A stretch of DNA of 24,486 bases, taken from NCBI GenBank assembly GCA_003168315.1, contig PMSP01000232.1, positions 2,400 through 26,885 of the forward strand. Reading direction: 5' to 3'. Position numbers and translations under genes: made by a program. Source of the DNA: Opitutaceae bacterium (lineage in GTDB: Bacteria; Verrucomicrobiota; Verrucomicrobiia; Opitutales; Opitutaceae). Of the stretch, positions 12,591 to 23,410 are shown one piece after another. Below the pieces are notes generated by a model that saw only the letters and a program-made list of their open reading frames with translations, had not been told where the DNA came from and did no database searches. Each line of letters starts with the position of its first letter. Position 1 is the first letter of the stretch.

Positions 12591-13636
12591 CGCTTGCCCC
12601 GGCCCAGGATATCCGTGGTCCACCGCCGATGGGGACCGGACAGGGCGACGGAGCCCAGCGACTCCAGTCGGACCCAGACGAGGCCCGGGCGGTCCTTCCC
12701 GGGGGGAGGCGCGGCCGCGTGGATCGACTCCGTGATCCGGAACCGCGTGATCGACCGGCTCTTCCTGGCGACAAGGGGACCCTGCGAGACCTGGTCGGGA
12801 TCGAGGCCGGCCTGCTCGGCCGTCGGGAGCTCGTGAAGGTCGGCCAGGCGGCGGGCGCCCTTCGGGTTCAGGTGCAGGAGGAGCGCCCCGTCCCGCTCGC
12901 ACCACACGCGGACGACCGTCCGCCGCTCGGTCGGCCTCGCCTCCAGCCTCGGATAGGCCTCGGGGTCGCCCGCCTTTCCCGCCGCGCAGAAATCCCCCAC
13001 GGGGCAGACGAGGCAGGCGGGCCTGCGCCTGAGGCAGACGGTCGCCCCGAGCTCCATCATCGCCTGGTTGTGGTCGCCGGGTGCGGAGGGGTTGAGGAGC
13101 TCCTGGGCGAGCGGTGCGAAGGCCCGCGACGCCGTCCCGCCGTCCCGGTGGGGCGTCCCGTCGCGCGTGAGCCTGGCGAGGATGCGCACGACGTTCCCGT
13201 CGACGCAGGCGAGCGGCTCGCCGAAGGCGATGCTCGCTATGGCGGCGGCCGTGTAGGGGCCGACGCCGGGAAGCTCCTCCCACCCGGCTGCCGAGGTCGG
13301 CAGCGCGCGCCCGGCGACCTCGCGCGCGAGCCTGTGGAGGTTGCGCGCGCGGGAATAGTACCCGAGGCCCTCCCAGAGCCTGAGGACGGCCTCCTCTCGG
13401 GCGGACGCCAGCGCGGCGAAGCCGGGGAGCGCCTCCATCCAGCGCGCGAAATAGGGGAGCACCGTCGCGACCTGGGTCTGCTGGAGCATGAACTCGCTCA
13501 CCACCGTCCCGTAGGCGGAGGGCGCCTCGCGCCACGGCAGCCTGCGCCGGGACGCCCGGTACCATGCCAGGAGCGCCTTCCGGAACCCCGCGCGCCGGGC
13601 CGCGAGGGCCCGCCTGCCGGAAGTTTTGCGTGTCAT
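12587..13636 (-). CDS. mutY: A/G-specific adenine glycosylase
   Basis: WY....R.LPWR; VSEFMLQQTQV; WEGLGYYSRARNLH; LPGVG.YTA; DGNV.R; C-X6-C-X2-C-X5-C iron-sulfur motif. Confidence 0.96.
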   Translation of the reverse strand: MTRKTSGRRALAARRAGFRKALLAWYRASRRRLPWREAPSAYGTVVSEFMLQQTQVATVLPYFARWMEALPGFAALASAREEAVLRLWEGLGYYSRARNLHRLAREVAGRALPTSAAGWEELPGVGPYTAAAIASIAFGEPLACVDGNVVRILARLTRDGTPHRDGGTASRAFAPLAQELLNPSAPGDHNQAMMELGATVCLRRRPACLVCPVGDFCAAGKAGDPEAYPRLEARPTERRTVVRVWCERDGALLLHLNPKGARRLADLHELPTAEQAGLDPDQVSQGPLVARKSRSITRFRITESIHAAAPPPGKDRPGLVWVRLESLGSVALSGPHRRWTTDILGRGKR

Positions 13637-13666
13637 TGGCGGCAATTTTGTGACTATGGGTCCCTC

Positions 13667-14674
13667 ATGCCCAAGCGCGGCCAGGACGACGAGGAAAAAC
13701 CCAAGAAGCTGAGCACCTACACGCTCAAGCTCGACGACGGGCAGATGGAGAGGCTGCGCGTGATCCTGAGCGGGCGGGGCTGGGAGGCCTTCGATGTCGC
13801 CTACGCGAGGTACGCCTTCAAGGGGCGCGACTGCAACGTCACGGCCTACGAGAGCGGCAAGCTGGTCGTTGCGGGCAAGGGCACCGAGGAATTCGTGACG
13901 ATGACGCTTGAGCCCGACATCACGATGGCGCCCAAGCTCGGCTACGACGAGGTGCACCATCCCGACTGGTTCGAGCTCCACGCGGGCCTGGACGAGAGCG
14001 GCAAGGGCGACCTCTTCGGGCCGGTGGTGGCCGCGACCGTCATCGCCGACCGGGCGGCGATCGAGGGCTGGATCAAGGAGGGGGTCAAGGACTCGAAGAA
14101 GATCGCCGAGTCGCAGATCATCCGGCTGGACAAGCTGATCCGGGGGACGCACGGCGTCGCGGTCGCGGTCTGCCTCTGCGGGATGCCGAAGTACAACCTC
14201 ATCATGTCGCGGCCCCACGCGAACCTTAACCGGCTCCTCGCGTGGCAGCACGCGACGGCGCTCGCGCAGGCGCTCGCGAGGAAGAAGGCCCCCCGCGGGC
14301 TCCTCGACCAGTTCACGAAGCAGCCGCTCGTCCAGCGGGAGCTGAAGAAGATGGGGGTCGTGGACTTCGACCTGCAGATGCGGACCAAGGCCGAGGAGGA
14401 CCCGGTGGTCGCGGCGGCGTCGGTCGTCGCGCGCGCCGAGTATGTCCGCCAGATCAACGTCCTCTCGCGCGACTTCGGGGGCCCGCTCCAGAAGGGGGCG
14501 GGGCCGCTCGTCAAGGAGCAGGCGGCGCAGATCATCGAGCGGTTCGGGGCCCGCGCCCTCGGCAACTTCGCCAAGCTCCATTTCCGGACGGCGTACGAGG
14601 TCGTCCTGGCCGCGGGCAAGCTGGACGAGCTGCCGCTCCCGGAGCCCCGGGCCCGGATGGAGTGGGGCGGGTAG
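13667..14674 (+). CDS. rnhC: Ribonuclease HIII
   Basis: N-terminal TBP-like region (VTAYESGKLVVAGK); GLDESGKGDLFGP; GVKDSKK; VAAASVVAR. Confidence 0.92.
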   Translation: MPKRGQDDEEKPKKLSTYTLKLDDGQMERLRVILSGRGWEAFDVAYARYAFKGRDCNVTAYESGKLVVAGKGTEEFVTMTLEPDITMAPKLGYDEVHHPDWFELHAGLDESGKGDLFGPVVAATVIADRAAIEGWIKEGVKDSKKIAESQIIRLDKLIRGTHGVAVAVCLCGMPKYNLIMSRPHANLNRLLAWQHATALAQALARKKAPRGLLDQFTKQPLVQRELKKMGVVDFDLQMRTKAEEDPVVAAASVVARAEYVRQINVLSRDFGGPLQKGAGPLVKEQAAQIIERFGARALGNFAKLHFRTAYEVVLAAGKLDELPLPEPRARMEWGG

Positions 14675-14693
14675 GGGCCCGGGGACGCAAGCG

Positions 14694-15455
14694 ATGCCGA
14701 AGCGCAGACAGCTCCGGAGCTTCGACCTGAAGAAGATCGAGGGCTTCGAAAACCTGATCGGGGTCGACGAGGTCGGCAGGGGTGCCCTTGCCGGCCCGGT
14801 CGTCGCCGGCGCGGTCCTCGTTACCCGCGCCTTCCTCGAGGGGCGCTGGGCCTGCGTCAAGGCCGGCCGGGTCAACGACTCCAAGCTCCTCTCGGCCGCC
14901 GACCGCGACTCGCTCTGGCTCGAGTTCGAGTCGCTCGCGGCCCAGGGCCACATCCACGCCCACTTCGGCTCGGCGAGCGTCGAGGAGATCGAGCAGCACA
15001 ACATCCTCGGCGCGACGAAGCTCGCGATGCGCCGCGCGATGGAGGGGATCTATCCCCCGGCCGCGTTCCGCCGGAACGAGGAGCCCGACCTCTTCTCGTC
15101 GGTGGCGGAGCGCGACTCGTTCGTCCCGATCGTCTCCTGCCGGGTGCTGGTGGACGGCCTGCATCTCAGGGGGTTCCCGTACCCGCACACCCCGATCGTG
15201 AACGGTGACGCGCGCAGCCTCTGCATCGCGATGGGCTCCATCATCGCCAAGGTCGCGCGGGACCGGATGATGGCGGAACTCGACGCGAGGCACCCGGGCT
15301 ACGGCTTCGCGAAGCACAAGGGCTACGGGACGGACGACCACCGCGAGGCGGTCGTGCGGCTCGGAAGGTCCCCGATCCACAGGGAGATGTTCCTTCGCAA
15401 GCTCATGGCGCAGCGCCCCGACCCGAACCAGATGGATTTCCTTCCGGACCGTTGA
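14694..15455 (+). CDS. rnhB: Ribonuclease HII
   Basis: GVDEVGRGALAGPVVA; NDSKLL; LVDG; GDARS..IA..SIIAKV.RD; YGFAKHKGYGT. Confidence 0.95.
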   Translation: MPKRRQLRSFDLKKIEGFENLIGVDEVGRGALAGPVVAGAVLVTRAFLEGRWACVKAGRVNDSKLLSAADRDSLWLEFESLAAQGHIHAHFGSASVEEIEQHNILGATKLAMRRAMEGIYPPAAFRRNEEPDLFSSVAERDSFVPIVSCRVLVDGLHLRGFPYPHTPIVNGDARSLCIAMGSIIAKVARDRMMAELDARHPGYGFAKHKGYGTDDHREAVVRLGRSPIHREMFLRKLMAQRPDPNQMDFLPDR

Positions 15456-15489
15456 CCCCCGGGGCCTGCGCGGCCATCAAGGGCCCCAG

Positions 15490-16659
15490 ATGCCAGGCAA
15501 GAAACACACCTCGCTCGACCGCGTCCTGGGGCGGCTCGACACGCTGGACCCCGTCAACATGGCGAACCTGGTCCAGCGTCTCGCGAAGGAGCGCTCCCTC
15601 TTCGAGCAGATCTTCAAGACCCTGCAGGAGGGCGTCCTCGTCATCTCGACGGCGGGGATAATCGAGTACGCCAACGACGCCGCCCAGCGGCTGATCGGCC
15701 TCTCCGGCGAGGGCCTCTCCGGGCAGACCCTCTGGCGGCTGATCCCGGGGCTGCGGCCGACGCTGGGAGACGACGCGAACGCCTCCGCCAGCATGGTGGC
15801 CCGCGAATTCGAGCTCACCTACCCGGAGCCCCGGACGATCCGGCTCTACATGGTCCCCTTCCGCGATGAGGACGCCGGCGGCGAGCGCCGCCACGCCGTC
15901 ATCCTGGCCGACGTGACGCACGACAGGCTGACGACGGCGCAGCGGATCGAGGACGAGCGGACCTCCTCCATCCTGCTCCTCGCGGCGGGAGTCGCCCACG
16001 AGCTCGGCAACCCGCTCAATTCCCTGACGATCCACCTGCAGCTGATCGCGAGGAAGCTGAAGAAGCTCGGGCGCTCGCCCGAGGCCGAGTCCCTGTCCGA
16101 GAGCGTTGACGTGTGCCGGGAGGAGGTCGCGCGGCTGGACGGGATCATCACGCACTACCTCGAGGCGATCCGCCCGAGCCCGCCGGACCTTTCGGAGACG
16201 AACCTGGCCGACATCCTCGCGGAGGTCCTCAAGTTCCAGAAGAGGGAGTTCTCGGACCGGGGCATTGTGGTCGAGGCCGAGACGCCCTACGCCCTCCCGG
16301 CGGTCATGGCCGACCGAAACCAGCTGAAGCAGGTGTTCTTCAACATAACGAAGAACGCGATGGAATCGATGCAGCCGGGCGGCAGGCTGATGATCAAGTC
16401 GAGGGCCGACGACGACTCGGTCTACCTCCTCTTCGGGGACAGCGGGTCCGGGATCCGGCAGGAGGACCTGGTCAGGCTCTTCGAGCCCTACCACACGACG
16501 AAGGCGGGCGGCCACGGGCTCGGCCTGATGATCGTCCAGCGCATCATGCGCGCGCACGGCGGGCAGGTGGGCGTCGAGAGCCGCGAGGGCACGGGGACCG
16601 TGGTCACCCTCCAGTTCCCGCGGAAGGACCGGCGGGTGCGGATGCTCGGCGGGGGCTGA
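15490..16659 (+). CDS. Cytoplasmic PAS-domain sensor histidine kinase
   Basis: PAS (EGVLVI...I.YAN); H-box AGVAHELGNPL; N-box LKQVFFNI..NA; D.G.GI; F.P..TTK; G.GLGL; no TM helix seen. Confidence 0.93.
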   Translation: MPGKKHTSLDRVLGRLDTLDPVNMANLVQRLAKERSLFEQIFKTLQEGVLVISTAGIIEYANDAAQRLIGLSGEGLSGQTLWRLIPGLRPTLGDDANASASMVAREFELTYPEPRTIRLYMVPFRDEDAGGERRHAVILADVTHDRLTTAQRIEDERTSSILLLAAGVAHELGNPLNSLTIHLQLIARKLKKLGRSPEAESLSESVDVCREEVARLDGIITHYLEAIRPSPPDLSETNLADILAEVLKFQKREFSDRGIVVEAETPYALPAVMADRNQLKQVFFNITKNAMESMQPGGRLMIKSRADDDSVYLLFGDSGSGIRQEDLVRLFEPYHTTKAGGHGLGLMIVQRIMRAHGGQVGVESREGTGTVVTLQFPRKDRRVRMLGGG

Positions 16660-16665
16660 CGCCCG

Positions 16666-17268
16666 CTAGCTGCCCGGGGGCGCCGGCGCGAGGGCCGGGT
16701 CCGGGGCGATGATCTTCACGGAGAAGGTCTTGCTCTCCCTGACCGTCCCCAGCTTGAGCGTCACCTTGAAGTCCATGGCGTCGGCGGTCACGCCGAGCTG
16801 GGACACCATCGGGGTCGGCTCGCCGGTCTCGCCGGGCTTGAGGGCCAGCATCTCGGGGTCTATCGCGAAGTTCCCCATGTCGGAGTCGAAGTCGAGCATC
16901 GTGACCTTGACGGCCTCGGGGCTCGTGTTCGTGAGGATCAGGTGGAGCGTCACGGGCGGCAGCGGGCTTCCGACCAAGGTCTTGTTCTCATTCTCGGTGT
17001 ACGAGCTGTAGGTGTAGTCCCCCTTTTCCCGGCCGCCCTTGCGCAGGCCGCGGCCGATGCCGCGGCTGAGCGTCACCTTGACGCTCACCCGGCCGCCGAA
17101 GAAGGCCTGGGTCCCCTCCATCGCCACCGGCCTCTCGCCGGAGATGACGCCGTTTGTCAGCTCGTCGTTCTGGGTGTGCAGGCAACCTGCGACCCCGAGC
17201 GCAAGGAGGAGGCCGGCGGCGGCGAGCGCCCGCGTTAAGCGATTAGCAGGGGAGGTGTTATGAAGCAT
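16666..17268 (-). CDS. Hypothetical lipoprotein
   Basis: Signal peptide ending LALGVAG-C; ATG 17268 inferred start. Confidence 0.75.
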   Translation of the reverse strand: MLHNTSPANRLTRALAAAGLLLALGVAGCLHTQNDELTNGVISGERPVAMEGTQAFFGGRVSVKVTLSRGIGRGLRKGGREKGDYTYSSYTENENKTLVGSPLPPVTLHLILTNTSPEAVKVTMLDFDSDMGNFAIDPEMLALKPGETGEPTPMVSQLGVTADAMDFKVTLKLGTVRESKTFSVKIIAPDPALAPAPPGS

Positions 17269-17424
17269 GGTGGGACGCGCGCCGTCCGGCTTGCGCGGAA
17301 ATCGAACGGGGTGGACACCGGCGTCGCATGAAGGTTGCATGCGGGGTGCTCTTGCGCCAATTGAAAAAACGCATCTTTCCGACCCGACGAGCGTCAGGTC
17401 GGCCATAGGGCAAATGTCACACGC

Positions 17425-17970
17425 ATGGAAGAAAGTTCAACGACCACGCTGGGCGACCGGGTTCGCCGGGCGCAGCGCGGGGACGAGGGCGCGATGCGCG
17501 AGCTCATCGTCGCCTACCAGCGGCGCGTCGCCGGGTTCGCCTACGCCATCACCGGCAGGAGCGACTCAGTCGAGGACCTCGCCCAGATGGTCTTCGTCAA
17601 GATGGCCCGCGCGCTCGACCGGCTCAAGGCCCCCGAGCAGTTCGAGTCCTGGCTCTTCCGGCTCGCCCGCAACACCTGCATCGACCACCTGCGGCGCCAG
17701 AAGCTGCGCCGGATCTTCACACCCTTCGCGCCCGAGCATGAGAACGTCCCCGAGCCGGCGGGCGCCGTGGACTCCGAGGAGCTCGACGCGCTCCGGCACG
17801 CGCTCGCCCAGCTCCGCCCCAAGGACCGCGCCCTCCTCGCCCTCGTCCAGGAGGGGCGCAGCCACGCCGAGATTGCGGCAACTTTCAGGACCAGCGTCGC
17901 GGCCGTGAAGGCGCGACTCCACCGGGCCCGGGAACAACTACGCCAACACTACCACCGCGATGAAACCTGA
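17425..17970 (+). CDS. ECF RNA polymerase sigma factor
   Basis: AQRGD..A..EL...Y; EDLAQ.VF; F.SWLFR.ARN.CID.LR; S.AEIA....SV.AVK.RLHRAR. Confidence 0.94.
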   Translation: MEESSTTTLGDRVRRAQRGDEGAMRELIVAYQRRVAGFAYAITGRSDSVEDLAQMVFVKMARALDRLKAPEQFESWLFRLARNTCIDHLRRQKLRRIFTPFAPEHENVPEPAGAVDSEELDALRHALAQLRPKDRALLALVQEGRSHAEIAATFRTSVAAVKARLHRAREQLRQHYHRDET

Positions 17971-18232
17971 AGACCAAGCATGGATGCAGCTGCGCGAGCA
18001 CGCCGCGTCCCGAATTTCCCCCGGATTTCCCGACCGCGTCCTGCGCGAAGCGCGCGGGGAGCGCTCACCCCTCTTCGTGGCCCAGTTCGCCATGTGCGCC
18101 GCGACGGCGGCGCTGTGCCTGGGCGCCGTCGCCCTCTACCAGTCAGGTGTCTCCGGCGACGACGACGCGAAGAATCTTGCGGGCTGGAGCGAGATCACCG
18201 CGCAGGCGAACGACCTCGAACAGGGTCTATGA
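17960..18232 (+). CDS. Small single-pass membrane protein, putative anti-sigma factor
   Basis: Overlaps the sigma stop; F..RV N-terminal motif then one TM helix. Confidence 0.65.
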   Translation: MKPEDQAWMQLREHAASRISPGFPDRVLREARGERSPLFVAQFAMCAATAALCLGAVALYQSGVSGDDDAKNLAGWSEITAQANDLEQGL

Positions 18233-18876
18233 GGGATCGCGTCCTCGCTGCGCTCCTGACGCTGGCCGTCTTCGCTACCGGGTTCTTCGCGGGCCTCTGG
18301 GCCGAGCGCCACCGTCCGCTGCCCCCGCCCCCCGGGGCGTTCATGGGGGAGTTCGGGGCCAGGCCGGGGCACACCCCGCGGGTGGGGCCGCCGGTCAACC
18401 GGGCCGAGCTCTCCGAGCAGATCGACCGGCTGCGTCCCGAGATGGACCTGTTCCGCTCGCGGATCACCGAGATCTACGCCCAGTTTGACAGGGACATCGA
18501 CTCGATCCTCACGCCGGAGCAGCGGGACGCCTACGCGAAGAGGTTCCAGGCGCACCGCGGGTTCGGCCCCTCGCCCGACGTGGGAACCGACGACACGCCC
18601 CTCTCCGACGAGCAGATCAACCAGCTCCTCCAGCGGCCCTTCCGGACGCTCGCCTTCTTCGTCGTGATCCCGATGACGCTCGAGCGAATGACGAACGACC
18701 TGAAGCTCGGCGACGCGCAGCGCGACAAGGTGAAGGACCTCCTTCAGGTCAGGCGTGAGAAGTTCATCGAGCTCGTCGACAGCGCGCCGCCGCCGAGCCT
18801 CATGCTGAGCCGGCTGGCCCCGCTGGCGCAGCGCCTGGGCGCGCCCGCGAAGCCGGCGGCGGCGCCGGCCCACTAG
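18229..18876 (+). CDS. Exported helical protein, Spy/CpxP-like
   Basis: ATGA overlap; N-terminal TM; LTPEQR..Y and L.LGDAQR.KV..LL repeats. Confidence 0.6.
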   Translation: MRDRVLAALLTLAVFATGFFAGLWAERHRPLPPPPGAFMGEFGARPGHTPRVGPPVNRAELSEQIDRLRPEMDLFRSRITEIYAQFDRDIDSILTPEQRDAYAKRFQAHRGFGPSPDVGTDDTPLSDEQINQLLQRPFRTLAFFVVIPMTLERMTNDLKLGDAQRDKVKDLLQVRREKFIELVDSAPPPSLMLSRLAPLAQRLGAPAKPAAAPAH

Positions 18877-18932
18877 GCCCCTCGCGCGCTGCCCGGGCTT
18901 GACCGCCCCCGCCTGTAGCTTGGAATGTCCCC

Positions 18933-20308
<1,376 letters not shown>

Positions 20309-20312
<4 letters not shown>

Positions 20313-22093
20313 GCGTCCGGCCGCGCACGGCGCAGGAGCTGATCCACTGGCTTGAGATGGGCGGGGGCGCCCGCTGGGTCCTCATCGGGGCCCTCCTGGT
20401 CTGCGGGGTCGGGACGTCCCTCGTCGTCTCGTGGAGGCAGTTCCACGGCGCCGCGAGCGAGGCGACCCTCGTCCAGGCCGACATGGGGCGGCAGATCGCG
20501 TCGGGGGCGGGTTTCACGACCCGGGTCAACTATCCCCAGGCGGTCGCGTTCCTCGGCGCCCGGGGCGTCCGCTTCGACCCGGCGGTTCCCTATCCCGAGG
20601 TCTACCAGGCGCCGCTCTACCCGATGGTGATCGCGGGGGGCCTTCGCCTGCTGCCCTCCTCGCTCCGGGAGTCCCTCTTCGCGTCGGTGCCGGCGCCCCC
20701 CTACGGCTACGGAGCCGACTACTTCCTCCTCGGGCTGAACCTCGTCCTCTTCTGGCTCGCGGTGGGGCTCGCCTTCGACCTCGGCCGCAGGCTCTTCGGC
20801 GCGCCCTCGGGTTGGCTCGCGGCGGCGGCGATCTTCGTCTCGGTCCCCATCTGGCAGCAGGTGGTCGCGGTCAACGGGACGGCCCTCATGATGGTGCTGG
20901 CGCTCGCGGCGTTCCAGGCGTGGTGGCGCGCGGAATCCGCGGGGGACGCGCGGGGGGCGTCCCTTCCGCTGGCGGCGCTCGGGGCCCTCTGCGGCCTCCT
21001 GTTCCTGGCCGAGTACTCGTCGGGCATGCTGGTCGCGGTCGCCTCGGTGCGCGTTCTTCGCCGGTTCGCGGGCGCCGCCCGCTGGCGCTCGCTTGCGCTC
21101 CTCCTCTGCGGCTTCGCCGTCGTCGCGGCGCCGTGGGTCGTCCGCAACCTGCGGGTCACCGGGCTTCCCGTGGGGCTCGCCGTCCAGAACATCGCCCTGA
21201 AGTCCGGGGACGCGACGGCCGAGCCGGCGACCGTCCGGGCGACGCTTTCGGCGACGCTGCCCCCGATCGAGCTGAACAAGCTCTCCAACAAGGTGCTGAG
21301 CGCGCTCCAGGAAGCCGTCAGGTCGCGGGTCTGGTCGGGCGGGGCGATGTGGTTCGCGGCATTCTTTGCGGCGGGCTGGCTCTATGTCTTCAAGTCCGCG
21401 CCGGTCAACCGCCTCCGGTGGCTCTTCGCCGTGTCGCTCCTCGTCCTTGTGGCCTCCCAGGCCACCTTCAATTCGGGCGAGAGCGAGCGCCAGGCGGTGG
21501 CGTGGCTCTCGCCGCTCATCATCGTGTTCGGGGCCGGCTTCTTCTTCGTCCTCCTCTCAAGCAACCCCCTCCTCGGCTCGTGGCCCAGGCTCTGCGCCGC
21601 GGCCCTCCTCACGCTCCAGGCGCTCCCGCTCGTCCACGACGCCCTGGACCCCCACTGGCTCCACTTCCAGTACCCGCCGTACTTCCCGCAGCTTTTCCGG
21701 GGCATGAGACGCCAGATGGACCTGTCGGACGCCGCCGGGCGCTACGGGCTCATGGCCGACGTGCCGGCGGGGCTCGCCTGGTACGGGGAGGCGCGGGTCT
21801 GGGCGCAGCCGGCGACCCTCCGGGATTTCTACGCGGTACAGGTCGAGCAGCCGACGGGCGAGCTCCTCCTCACCCCCAGGACGCTCGACCGCCCGTTTTT
21901 CTCGGACCTGAACGCGAAGGCGAGGACCCCCAGCTTCCTGACGGCGTCGATCCCCAGGATAGGGGAATGGGGGGAGGTCTACGGCGGCCTCCTCACGGGG
22001 ACGCTCCCCCGGGATTTCCCGCTTTCGACGCCCCGGAAGGTCACGGAGGACCTCTATGTCCTCTTCAACTCATCGATGGCGTCCGGGCGCTGA
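20309..22093 (+). CDS. Multi-pass membrane protein, probable GT-C (ArnT/PMT-like) glycosyltransferase
   Basis: ATGA overlap with regulator; YQAPLYP motif; more than ten hydrophobic helices; PW..RN. Confidence 0.7.
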
Positions 22094-22115
22094 TGACGCC
22101 TACCGGCCTTCGCCA

Positions 22116-22131
22116 AGGAATTGGTCTTGCC
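22116..22131 (+). promoter_or_regulatory. Possible sigma54 -24/-12 promoter
   Basis: A-GG-AATTGGTCTT-GC-C: GG 22117-22118 and GC 22129-22130 are 10 nt apart, with TTGC; -24 flank departs from TGGCAC. Confidence 0.3.
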
Positions 22132-22179
22132 AGTAGTTAGCAAAATGGCAGGTTTGCGGACGATTTCCGGGAGCCAAAA

Positions 22180-23358
22180 ATGAGACTATTTCGGGTCATA
22201 CTATCTGCTACCCCGCTGGCCCTTTGCACGGCGGCGCTCGCCGTCTATGCCCCCATCCCGGTGCAGGAGCAGGGCAAGGACCTCACCATCTCCCTCGAGG
22301 GCGGCGTCACCTACAACAACAACATTTTCGGGGCGGCCACGGACCCGATCGAGAGCATCATCCTGGAGTTCTCCCCGAAGATCGACTTCAACTCGTCCCT
22401 GACCGAGCAGACCTTCTTCTCGGCCTCCTACCAGCCCTCGCTCGACTACTTCACGAACCGCCCCAACGACAAGACGGTCATCAGCCACAACGTCGACGCC
22501 CGCCTCGCCCACTCCTTCTCGAAGACCTCGGTCCTCGACTTAACGGATGCCTACGCCTACGACGAGAATCCCGAGGCCCTCCTGAACGGCGCGCCGGTCA
22601 ACACCGACCAGACCCTCCAGAGCAACGAGTTCGACGCCCGCCTTTCCTTCGCGCCGACGGAGAAGCTGGGCCTGGTGGTCAAGGCGCGGAGCGTCTACTA
22701 CGACTACATCAACCAGTTCCTCGGGGATGAGCTGAACCGCTTCGAGAACCTCTACGGCATGGAGGCCGACTTCACGCTTCTTCCGGAGTTCAAGCTGGCG
22801 GGCGAGTACCGCCACCAGGACATCGACTACGTCACGGACCCCTCCGACAACAACAAGCACACGGACTTCCTGATGGTGGGCTTCGACTACGCCGCGGCGC
22901 CGAAATTGACCGCGAGCGTGCGGGTGGGCGGCGAGTTCCGGCACCTGGACGGCCTGGGCGACCAGACGACCCCGTACGCCGAGGTCTCGGCAAAGTACGC
23001 CTACGCCAAGGGCTCCTTTGTCGCCATAGGCTACACCTACAGCCTCGAGGAGACCTCGGACCCGATCCATTTCAGCGACGAGAAGACGAACCGGATGTTC
23101 GTGAACGTCGAGCATTCCTTCACCGCCCTCATCGTCGGCTCGGCTTCGTTCGACTACGAGCCCTCGAGCCTCGTCGGGCGTCCCGGTGTGCCCGACATAG
23201 AGGAGGACACGACCCACGCCGGCGTGGCGCTCACCTACCTGCCCGCCAAGAACTGGAAGGTTACCGCCTCCTACGACTACGACTTCGTCGATTCCGGCCT
23301 GTCCTTCCGCGGGCTGAACAGAACCCGCCTTGGTGTGAGCTCCACGGTGGAGTTCTGA
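22180..23358 (+). CDS. Outer-membrane beta-barrel protein associated with polysaccharide export
   Basis: Signal peptide; alternating amphipathic strands; C-terminal Phe; precedes Wzc-like gene. Confidence 0.8.
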   Translation: MRLFRVILSATPLALCTAALAVYAPIPVQEQGKDLTISLEGGVTYNNNIFGAATDPIESIILEFSPKIDFNSSLTEQTFFSASYQPSLDYFTNRPNDKTVISHNVDARLAHSFSKTSVLDLTDAYAYDENPEALLNGAPVNTDQTLQSNEFDARLSFAPTEKLGLVVKARSVYYDYINQFLGDELNRFENLYGMEADFTLLPEFKLAGEYRHQDIDYVTDPSDNNKHTDFLMVGFDYAAAPKLTASVRVGGEFRHLDGLGDQTTPYAEVSAKYAYAKGSFVAIGYTYSLEETSDPIHFSDEKTNRMFVNVEHSFTALIVGSASFDYEPSSLVGRPGVPDIEEDTTHAGVALTYLPAKNWKVTASYDYDFVDSGLSFRGLNRTRLGVSSTVEF

Positions 23359-23410
23359 CGGCGCCTGCAGGCCCGGTCCCCGCCCGAAGGGGGACAATCC
23401 CATAGAACCC

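Noticed and set aside
12629-15004. 681-aa and 805-aa ORFs as large fusion proteins
   Set aside because: They are rnhC and mutY with spurious upstream extensions running antisense through each other.
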